Source: a bacterium
GTDB taxonomy: Bacteria > 4484-113
DNA: 48,299 nt
Reading direction: 5' to 3'
Assembly (NCBI GenBank): GCA_029932365.1
Contig: JAOZQG010000001.1
Span: forward strand, 1-48,299
Shown here: in pieces, positions 25,749 to 32,959 of the stretch
Numbering within the stretch: position 1 is the first letter of the stretch
Layout: every line of letters begins with the position of its first letter
The notes under the pieces: model-generated
Databases searched by the model: none
What the model saw: the letters and a program-made list of their open reading frames with translations, nothing else
What the model was told of the DNA's origin: nothing
Program-made: the position numbers and the translations under genes

Positions 25749-27284
25749 ATGACGGTACTCATTGACGGCGAAAACCTCACCATCGAGCAGGTGCATGCGG
25801 TCGCGCGCGGCGGCGAGTCCATCGCGCTGACCGACGAGGCGCAGGGCAAAGTCCAGCGCTGCCGCGAGCTGGTGCAGCGGCTGGTGGATTCGGGCGTGGC
25901 GATATACGGCGTAACCACGGGCATCGGCGAATTCGCGCGCATCCGCGTTTCGCAGGAGCAGAGCGAGGAGCTGCAGCGGCGCATCATCTACAGCCACGCC
26001 GCGAGCACGGGCGATATTCAGCCACCCGAGGTGGTGCGCGCCGCGATGCTGTGCCGCGCCAACACGCTGGCAAAGGGCGTTTCCGGCGTGCGCCTGGAGA
26101 CGCTGCAAACGTATATGGAAATACTCAACCGGGGAATCGTGCCCGTAGTCTACGAGAAGGGCTCGGTGGGCACCAGCGGCGACCTGAGCCCGCTTTCGCA
26201 GCTCGCGATGGTGGCGCTGGGCGAGGGCGAAGCGTTTTACGAGGGCGAGCGGATGCCGGGCGGAGAGGCGATGCGGCGGGCTGGCCTGGAACCGGTCGTG
26301 CCTACGTTCAAGGAGGGTTTAGGCCTCATCAATGGCGCCCAGATGATGACCGGCGAATCCGCGCTGATACTCTACGACGCCGAGCGGCTGGTCAAAACCG
26401 CGCTTATCGCGATGGCGATGACGCTGGACGTGCTGAAAGCCGTGCCCAAGGCGTATCATCCGAGGGTTCACGAGTCGCGGCCCTTCGCCGGCCAGATCGC
26501 GGTGGCGCGCAATCTGCGCAAGCTGTTTGATGGAAGCGAAATTATGGCCGACCCCAGCGGTAAGGTGCAGGACGGCTACAGCATGCGCTGCACACCGCAG
26601 GTTATCGGCCCCACAATTGACGCCTACCATTATGTGCGTGACCAGATCCTCACCGAGATTAACGCGGCGTCGGACAATCCGCTGTTCTTCCCCGACGAAA
26701 AGCTGTATCTCGCGGCGGGCAACTTTCACGCGCAGTCCACAGCCATGGCGATGGATTTTCTGGCGATTGCGCTTTCCGAAGTAGCGAGCCTGTCCGAGCG
26801 CCACACCAACCGCATGCTCAATCCGGTGCTTTCCGGACTGCCCGATTTCCTGATTGAGGGGCGCGGGGTAAACAGCGGGCTTATGGTCGCGCAGTACACG
26901 CAGGCGGCGCTCATCGCGGAAAACAAGGTGCTGAGCCATCCCGCGGTGGTGGATTCGATAAGCGTCTCCGCCGACCAGGAAGACCACGTGAACATGGGGC
27001 CGGTTTCGGTGCGCAAGTGCAAGGAAGTGCTCAAAAACGTGGGCACCGTCGTCGCCATCCAGCTACTGGCGGGGGCGCAGGCGCTGGACTTCCGCAAGCC
27101 TAAAAAGCCGGGCGCGGGAGTGGCGGCGGCCTACGAGGTGATACGCGAGCGCGTGCCGTTTATGGAAGACGACCGCGCGCTGTATCCCGATATAGAGCAG
27201 GTGGGCGAGCTCGTGCGCGGCTGCGAACTGCTGGACGCCGTTGAAGCCGCCGTGGGCCCGCTGAGCCTTACACCGGACGACTAG
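25749..27284 (+). CDS. hutH: histidine ammonia-lyase family (MIO-dependent aromatic amino acid lyase)
   Basis: YGVTTGIGEF, YSHAAS (an S-H pair as in HAL), MIO segment GSVGTSGDLSPLS, LINGAQ, DGYSMRCTPQV, GNFHAQ and SADQEDHVNMG. Confidence 0.8.
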   Translation: MTVLIDGENLTIEQVHAVARGGESIALTDEAQGKVQRCRELVQRLVDSGVAIYGVTTGIGEFARIRVSQEQSEELQRRIIYSHAASTGDIQPPEVVRAAMLCRANTLAKGVSGVRLETLQTYMEILNRGIVPVVYEKGSVGTSGDLSPLSQLAMVALGEGEAFYEGERMPGGEAMRRAGLEPVVPTFKEGLGLINGAQMMTGESALILYDAERLVKTALIAMAMTLDVLKAVPKAYHPRVHESRPFAGQIAVARNLRKLFDGSEIMADPSGKVQDGYSMRCTPQVIGPTIDAYHYVRDQILTEINAASDNPLFFPDEKLYLAAGNFHAQSTAMAMDFLAIALSEVASLSERHTNRMLNPVLSGLPDFLIEGRGVNSGLMVAQYTQAALIAENKVLSHPAVVDSISVSADQEDHVNMGPVSVRKCKEVLKNVGTVVAIQLLAGAQALDFRKPKKPGAGVAAAYEVIRERVPFMEDDRALYPDIEQVGELVRGCELLDAVEAAVGPLSLTPDD

Positions 27285-27642
27285 AAGCCATACGCGCGAC
27301 TCAACCTCACGCGGAGGGCAGGTAGCCTTTCGACTGTAGCCTGTTAGGCTTTGCTCTTAGCTTTTGCTGCCGGACTACAGGGGCAGCTCACTAACTGCGC
27401 TTCCCAAAAAGCGGCAGGGAAGGATGACCGCCCTGCTGAAAAACCCCGATAACGATGCCCGAAGCCGACCGCATCGCCTATAATCCTGTAGCCTTCGGGC
27501 TTTCAGCCGGGAAACCGCAATTCCAGGCCTCTGGAACTAAAGAGACGGGCGCTGCATCGTATCTGTTGAGTCCGGACCTTGCGGTGGAGGTGAAACGGCA
27601 TGGCAAACCCGGCAAGGACGAGCCTGAAGGCGCGGTGCGGGA

Positions 27643-28230
27643 ATGGTGGAGATACCGTCGTCGTTACTAATCGGATGTATCAGCGGGGACGACACCTGCT
27701 GGCAGGAACTCATCCGCCTGACCGGCGGCCATTTCCAGCGCATCGCGCGGGTGAACCTGCGGGACCCCAGCCTGACGGACGACGTGTTGCAGGAAACCTA
27801 CTTCAAGGTCTTCCGCAACCTGCACAAGCTGCGCGACCGCTCGCGCGCCGTGCCCTGGATGGTGCAGATACTGATTAACGAATGCCGAATGATGAACCGG
27901 AAGCTGAAACGGGAAGCGCAAAACGAGAGCGAGGAGAGCCTCTCTTACCAGCTCGCTTCCACGGCGGACGGCCGCGGGCGCGAGGAGACGCGGGAGATCC
28001 TGGGACGGTTGCTGCGCCGGCTGCCGGAGCACTTCCGCGAAGTGCTGGCGCTGCGCGAAATAGAAGGCCTGGACTACGAGGAAATCGCACGGGCCCTCAG
28101 AATACCGGTCGGCACCGTGCGCTCCCGGCTGGCACGCGCCCGCGACGCCTGGGTCGAGCTGGCGGGCAAGGTCATTGAGGAAGGAGGCCTGGCCGACCTC
28201 TGCCTTGAAGGGGGTGACGGAGTTGCTTAA
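27643..28230 (+). CDS. ECF-type RNA polymerase sigma factor
   Basis: Region 2 (DVLQETYFKVFRNLHKL, PWMVQILINECR) and region 4 (REVLALREIEGLDYEEIARALRIPVGTVRSRLARAR). Confidence 0.85.
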   Translation: MVEIPSSLLIGCISGDDTCWQELIRLTGGHFQRIARVNLRDPSLTDDVLQETYFKVFRNLHKLRDRSRAVPWMVQILINECRMMNRKLKREAQNESEESLSYQLASTADGRGREETREILGRLLRRLPEHFREVLALREIEGLDYEEIARALRIPVGTVRSRLARARDAWVELAGKVIEEGGLADLCLEGGDGVA

Positions 28231-28759
28231 CGATTACCTTAAAAAAATGATTTCGGAGTACGCCGACGACGCGCTGGACCTGGACGCAACACGGCAGGTC
28301 AGCGACCTTATCGCGCGAAACCGCGAAGCGGAGGAGTACTTCACCAGGCTGCAATCGCTGCGCCGGCTTACCGCCGAGCGTCTGGGCGATGAGCCCGAGG
28401 ACCCGACGCTGGAACTCAGGATGATGAACGCGCTCAGGCTGCGAAGCTACGAACGGACGTGGTGGGAGCGCGTCTTCGCCTCCCGGGTGCTATCCCCTCG
28501 GACAGCGACCGCGGTGGCGTTTGCGATACTCGTCATCGTGCTGTTCCTCTTTTCCTGGTTCCAGGCGCCGGTAACTCGCTTTCTCTCCGATACCCAGGCC
28601 AAAGTCGAGCGGCTCAGCGATGAAGCCCAGACCGAACTTACCGAGCGGCGGCAGGAACTCACGGAAAGCCTGGGCGAGCTTCTCGCACCGCCTATTTCGG
28701 ACGACGACGAGGACAAGCGTACCGGCAGCACGATGGACCAAGAGGTGTCCGTGGCATGA
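28214..28759 (+). CDS. putative anti-sigma factor, single-pass membrane protein
   Basis: Directly follows and overlaps the ECF sigma gene. N-terminal helical segment, then TM helix AVAFAILVIVLFLFSWF. No zinc-binding Cys/His motif. Start ambiguous: TTG 28175, TTG 28205, GTG 28214 or ATG 28247. Confidence 0.5.
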   Translation: MTELLNDYLKKMISEYADDALDLDATRQVSDLIARNREAEEYFTRLQSLRRLTAERLGDEPEDPTLELRMMNALRLRSYERTWWERVFASRVLSPRTATAVAFAILVIVLFLFSWFQAPVTRFLSDTQAKVERLSDEAQTELTERRQELTESLGELLAPPISDDDEDKRTGSTMDQEVSVA

Positions 28760-29328
28760 GCCGCTGCTTTTACCATCCCGAAATCGAAACTGACGTTCGC
28801 TGCGAAGTGTGCGGCAAGCCCATCTGCGAGCACTGCCGGACCGTCCGCGAAGGGAAGATTATCTGCCCGCGATGTTTGCAGCGGGAAGAACATTCCAGCG
28901 CGAAGAGCACTCGCAGAACTGCCGCTCGCCACGACACGCCAACCTGGATCGGGCTGCTCATTCCCGGCGTGGCGCAGCTGCTGAAGGGCGAAATCTACAA
29001 GGGCTCGCTGCTGCTCGTGTACTTCTTCCTTGCCGCGTTTTCCGACGTGCCGGTTTTTATTTTCCTGGCCTACGGGATTAGCATATGGGACTACTTTTCG
29101 CCGCTGGTAGAGGAAGAGAGGAAAGGACGCGCCCTGATTAACTTCAGGCAGTTCGCCGGAGTGGTGATTTTGCTCGTAGGAGTCGTGTTGCTGGTTCAGA
29201 ATGTCAGCCGGGCGTTCAGCGTATTCTCCCGCGACCTGGCATCTACGCTGGCAGCGGTAGTAACCATCGCCTTCGGGCTGTTCATAATCTGGTATCACCT
29301 GGGTGAGCACCGAAAGGAGGTGCATTGA
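28756..29328 (+). CDS. zinc-ribbon (B-box-like) membrane protein
   Basis: N-terminal CFYHPEIETDVRCEVCGKPICEHCRTVREGKIICPRC (8 Cys/His ligands) followed by 3-4 TM helices. ATGA overlap with the upstream gene. Confidence 0.6.
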   Translation: MSRCFYHPEIETDVRCEVCGKPICEHCRTVREGKIICPRCLQREEHSSAKSTRRTAARHDTPTWIGLLIPGVAQLLKGEIYKGSLLLVYFFLAAFSDVPVFIFLAYGISIWDYFSPLVEEERKGRALINFRQFAGVVILLVGVVLLVQNVSRAFSVFSRDLASTLAAVVTIAFGLFIIWYHLGEHRKEVH

Positions 29329-30272
29329 TGTCTTTCAGGGATATAACCATGCTCGCGCTTCTGCTCGTTATCGGCCTTATTTTCAACCGCTGCGCCTTTC
29401 ACGGCGACGCTATAAATCTAACACACTCCGAGCGAGTGGCACAGCGGACGATCAAGCAGGCCGAGCGGGCGGCGGAACAGGTGACAAGGCAAGCCGAGCA
29501 GGCCGCAAAAGACCTGGAAAGGAGCGCGCAGCGGCTGAACGAGCGGATGGACGAGTTCAGCGAACGCATGGGCGAGTTTGGCGAGCGGATGGGCGAATTC
29601 GGCGAAGAAATCGGTGAAAAGATGGAAAGAGTCGGTGAGCATATAGGCGAGGAGTTCGAGGACGCGGGTGAAGTCCCTGCGGAAGACGCGGCGACGGAGC
29701 TAAACATTGACGTCGCCGCCGAAACGAAAACCGCCAAAGTTACGCTCAGCGTCACTCACGGTCTGGGCGTAGCTCCCAACATTGATCTGGCGCTGGACGT
29801 GCCCGTACTGTGCCGCCAAACGTCGCTTGCTTTCGGGCGGGAGCGGAAAAGGACGCTGAGCATTACTACCATCGGCGGCGACGGGCTGCAATCGCCTGAA
29901 ATCGCACCCGTTGATAGCGAGACCGTCGCGCTTAAGTTCCGCGGAGAGACGCCGCGCGAGCTTAGCTTAGAGCTTCCGCGTAACGTCCCCTACGTGAGAT
30001 TCGCCTTGCCGCAGGCGGTTAAGCTCGCGCTTTCCGAAGATATGCTGCTGATAAAACTGGACGCGCCGGCCGTGGGCTCGCTGAAGGTGACGAGGTCAAA
30101 GAAGCTGCTAACAGTCCGTCACGCCGACTGGACGCTAAATATCAGCGGGATTTCACAGCCGCTGCGGTTTATGGGCCTCGACGGAACGATGTTCGGGGGA
30201 GTCGGGGCCGACCAAAAAGGCGAAGTCGGATTCGGCTTCACCTCACGCGAGAATGAAGGAGGCAGGAAGTGA
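29325..30272 (+). CDS. membrane-anchored coiled-coil/heptad-repeat protein
   Basis: TM anchor ITMLALLLVIGLIF, then an acidic helical region with a 7-residue repeat (ERMDEFS ERMGEFG ERMGEFG ...), then a beta-rich C-terminus. ATGA overlap at 29325. Confidence 0.6.
   Translation: MMSFRDITMLALLLVIGLIFNRCAFHGDAINLTHSERVAQRTIKQAERAAEQVTRQAEQAAKDLERSAQRLNERMDEFSERMGEFGERMGEFGEEIGEKMERVGEHIGEEFEDAGEVPAEDAATELNIDVAAETKTAKVTLSVTHGLGVAPNIDLALDVPVLCRQTSLAFGRERKRTLSITTIGGDGLQSPEIAPVDSETVALKFRGETPRELSLELPRNVPYVRFALPQAVKLALSEDMLLIKLDAPAVGSLKVTRSKKLLTVRHADWTLNISGISQPLRFMGLDGTMFGGVGADQKGEVGFGFTSRENEGGRK
29541..29666 (+). repeat. about six tandem 21-nt (7-codon) repeat units inside the CDS
   Basis: gagcggatggacgagttcagc / gaacgcatgggcgagtttggc / gagcggatgggcgaattcggc / gaagaaatcggtgaaaagatg / gaaagagtcggtgagcatata / ggcgaggagttcgaggacgcg. 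Similarity decays toward the 3' end. Confidence 0.6.
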
Positions 30273-31432
30273 GACACACAACCTTCGGCATTATTTTAAT
30301 ACTTCTCGGGATTTTTCTCGGGCTTTGCTTTTTCGTTCAGGATACGACGTTGGTGCTGCGCCTGTGGCCTCTTTTGATTATCGTCTACGCTATCCTTGCG
30401 CACGGCCTTAATCCTGCGTACAGGGGCGGGCTGATGGTGGTGGCCCTCGTGCTGCTGATGGACGCGTTGGCTCCCAGCATCCTCGGCTCGGGCTACGGCT
30501 GGTTCTGGGCACTGCTCCTTATCTTCGTTGGCCTGCTCATCCTCTTTAGCGCGACGGAGCACGGACCGCATAAAAAGAAGGTTAAAGTCCACCCGGGCCC
30601 ATCTCCGCAGGAAACCCGAAGCGTGAAATTTTCGGTACGTGAAGAAACCGACGAGGGAACTACAGATGCCGACAGTGCATCTACAGTGCGAGGAGGCATT
30701 GAAATGACCGACGAAACCAAACATGAAGGACGCGATACAAATGGTGGGGAAAAAGCGGGCGCGACGGCCGTTGAGGGAGAATACAGCGGCGAAGGAGCAC
30801 ATTTCTTCGCCGACGTGCCCGAGGGCGCGGAACGCCTGATCTGCGACCTGGACTTCAACGCGGGGCGGCTGGAACTTACCGGCGACACCGACAGGCTGTT
30901 TGAAATCGAAACCGGACCCGGCTCCGACGTGGAGCCGCAGGTGGAGGTGACACTGGAGGAAGTAGACGGCGTGCAGGCGGTTAAGCTGCGCATCCACCAG
31001 GCGCACTTCAAGAGCTCCGTGCGCATGTTCGGCGTGCGCACTGAGTGGACACTCAAACTCAATGATCGGTTGCCCTTGACGATGAGCTGCGACATAAACG
31101 CTGCCAAGGCGCATATGGATTTCAGCAAGTTGCGCCTCGTGTCTCTAACGATGGACAACAACGCGGCGGCCAGCGAGGTGCGCATCGGCTCGCGCGAGGA
31201 CGAAGCCAGCCTGGACATTGACAACAACGCGGCCAAGCTGGACCTGGTGTTGCCGGCGGGCTTCGCCTACGAAGCAACGGTGGACAGCAACGTGGGCAAG
31301 CATAATGTCACCGAACTGCTGCCCCGGCGAACGGACGGTCGCTACTTCAGTGACGATTTAGATACCAATCCGCGGAAGATCAAAATGCATCTGGAAAACA
31401 ACGCTGCTAAACTAAACCTGAGGAAGCAATAA
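30269..31432 (+). CDS. LiaF-like membrane protein (LiaI/LiaF-type TM region plus toastrack/DUF2154-like beta-helix)
   Basis: N-terminal 4-TM segment. C-terminal periodic rungs DINAAKAHMDF / MDNNAAASEVRI / IDNNAAKLDLVL / ENNAAKLNL. GTGA overlap with the upstream gene. Confidence 0.65.
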   Translation: MRHTTFGIILILLGIFLGLCFFVQDTTLVLRLWPLLIIVYAILAHGLNPAYRGGLMVVALVLLMDALAPSILGSGYGWFWALLLIFVGLLILFSATEHGPHKKKVKVHPGPSPQETRSVKFSVREETDEGTTDADSASTVRGGIEMTDETKHEGRDTNGGEKAGATAVEGEYSGEGAHFFADVPEGAERLICDLDFNAGRLELTGDTDRLFEIETGPGSDVEPQVEVTLEEVDGVQAVKLRIHQAHFKSSVRMFGVRTEWTLKLNDRLPLTMSCDINAAKAHMDFSKLRLVSLTMDNNAAASEVRIGSREDEASLDIDNNAAKLDLVLPAGFAYEATVDSNVGKHNVTELLPRRTDGRYFSDDLDTNPRKIKMHLENNAAKLNLRKQ

Positions 31433-31436
31433 GGCG

Positions 31437-31871
31437 ATGGCAACCGGAACTACAAAAAGGATTTACCGTTCGCGCAGCGACAAGATTCTGGGCGGCGTGT
31501 GCGGCGGTCTGGCGGAGTACTTCAACATAGATTCGCTGATAGTGCGCGGCATATGGATACTGCTCATCCTCATGGCACATGGGGCCCCGCTGCTCATCTA
31601 CATATTCGCCTGGATACTGATGCCCGTCGAGAAAACAGGGCAGGCCCCAAACAGCGAGCGCCAGATAAAGACTAAAGCCGAAATCACGCCGCAGCACCGG
31701 GGGTTTTTCGTGGGACTGGTGCTAATAATCGTCGGCGTCTTCGCCCTTGCGGGGACTGCCGCGACTTCGTTTGCTTTGCAGATGGTGATAGCTATCGGCC
31801 TGGTTCTGCTGGGAATCCTCGCAATAACCGGCGCATTCAAGAACGGCTTCAACGCGGGAAACGGGAGGTAA
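31437..31871 (+). CDS. PspC-domain membrane protein
   Basis: Canonical PspC motif RIYRSRSDKILGGVCGGLAEYFNIDSLIVRGIWILL. Confidence 0.85.
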   Translation: MATGTTKRIYRSRSDKILGGVCGGLAEYFNIDSLIVRGIWILLILMAHGAPLLIYIFAWILMPVEKTGQAPNSERQIKTKAEITPQHRGFFVGLVLIIVGVFALAGTAATSFALQMVIAIGLVLLGILAITGAFKNGFNAGNGR

Positions 31872-31875
31872 TGCG

Positions 31876-32838
31876 ATGAGCAACCGACATAAGAAAGGCG
31901 ATATCGTAAACAGCCTGTTCTGGGGCACGCTGATTCTGCTAACCGGAGTGACACTTCTGGGAGTTAACACAGGATACGTCAGCGGCCACGTCTGGGGAAA
32001 TTTGTGGAAACTGTGGCCGGTGCTGCTCATCGTCTGGGGCCTGAACATCATACTGCGCAACACCAGCCTTCAGTTCCTCTCATACCTGTCGCCGCTGATA
32101 CTCATACTCGCTTTCGCCTACGCCGCCTGGTGGGCTCCAATTGAGGGCGACAACGGCGGCTGGCACTTCCCGAAGTACATCGGCCTTTCCCGCCCCGAAT
32201 CCCGCGAGGTGCAGGACTACAGCTTCAAGTACAGCCGCAGCGAGGAGATACACGACGTGGATGTTGAGCTTGACCTGGGAGCGGCCAGGTTGTCCGTAGA
32301 ACCGTCCAACGAAGACGCCTTCGTAAACGTGCTGCTTAAAACGAACATCGGCGAACCGACTGTTAATTTCGAGCTGGAGGGCAACACACTTAAGGCCTAC
32401 GCCGCTTCGCCGCGCGGAGGCATCACCTGGGGCGATTACACCCAGGAGTGGCATATCCTGCTGCCCGCAGCCACTCCCGTCAGCCTCAATCTGGACGTTG
32501 GCGCGTCGGATTGCGAACTTGACCTCGCGGACATGCTGCTTACGTATCTGGAAATTGACGCAGGCGCCGCCGCTCTCACGCTGAATCTTCCCGCACCCGA
32601 CGTTGAGGGATACGCGGTTGATCTTGATGTGGGGGCATCGGACCTGAATCTGACGTTTCCCGAGGGTGCGCCGGTACGGATAGACTTTGACGGCGGTCTT
32701 TCATCAACTAACTTCGGACGAGCCGGGCTCAAGAAGGACGATGGATTCTGGTACAGCGAAGCCTATAAGGCGGGAACTCCTTTTGCGGACCTCAGCATTA
32801 CCTCGGGAGTTGCCAGCGTGGACCTGGCCTTCGAGTAG
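31876..32838 (+). CDS. LiaF-like membrane protein, second copy (TM region plus toastrack-like beta-helix)
   Basis: N-terminal TM bundle (LFWGTLILLTGV..., LWPVLLIVWGLNIIL). Periodic rungs LDLGAARLSVE / LDVGASDCELDL / IDAGAAALTLNL / LDVGASDLNLTF. GGGAGG Shine-Dalgarno (SD) site before the ATG. Confidence 0.65.
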   Translation: MSNRHKKGDIVNSLFWGTLILLTGVTLLGVNTGYVSGHVWGNLWKLWPVLLIVWGLNIILRNTSLQFLSYLSPLILILAFAYAAWWAPIEGDNGGWHFPKYIGLSRPESREVQDYSFKYSRSEEIHDVDVELDLGAARLSVEPSNEDAFVNVLLKTNIGEPTVNFELEGNTLKAYAASPRGGITWGDYTQEWHILLPAATPVSLNLDVGASDCELDLADMLLTYLEIDAGAAALTLNLPAPDVEGYAVDLDVGASDLNLTFPEGAPVRIDFDGGLSSTNFGRAGLKKDDGFWYSEAYKAGTPFADLSITSGVASVDLAFE

Positions 32839-32926
32839 ACTTGCGCCCGCGTCCAAGCTGAGGAACGATTTAGCGGGAAATAGGCCGGAAACGTGGTGAA
32901 TCCCCGAGCGCAGGCAGACCATCATC

Positions 32927-32935
32927 TGTTATAAT
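32927..32935 (+). promoter_or_regulatory. candidate extended -10 promoter element (TGtTATAAT)
   Basis: TG at 32927-32928 and perfect TATAAT at 32930-32935, 25 nt upstream of the TPR gene ATG. No good -35, which extended -10 promoters tolerate. Confidence 0.35.
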
Positions 32936-32959
32936 GATTTTTCCTGGGAAGTAATTCTG

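Noticed and set aside
27533-27562. ECF-type promoter look-alike GGAAC ... CGTA upstream of the ECF sigma gene.
   Set aside because: I count 20 nt between GGAAC (27533-27537) and CGT (27558-27560). That is 3-4 nt longer than the 16-17 nt spacing usual for ECF promoters. A second GAAAC at 27511 has no suitable -10. Not supported without knowing the ECF group consensus.
27455-27670. 71-aa ORF in the 358-nt gap between hutH and the ECF sigma gene, plus a perfect TATAAT at 27479-27484.
   Set aside because: The ORF has no SD site and no recognisable motif, and it overlaps the sigma start. The TATAAT has no acceptable -35 or TG extension (TGCCCG at 17-nt spacing). Both may be real, but the sequence alone cannot support them.
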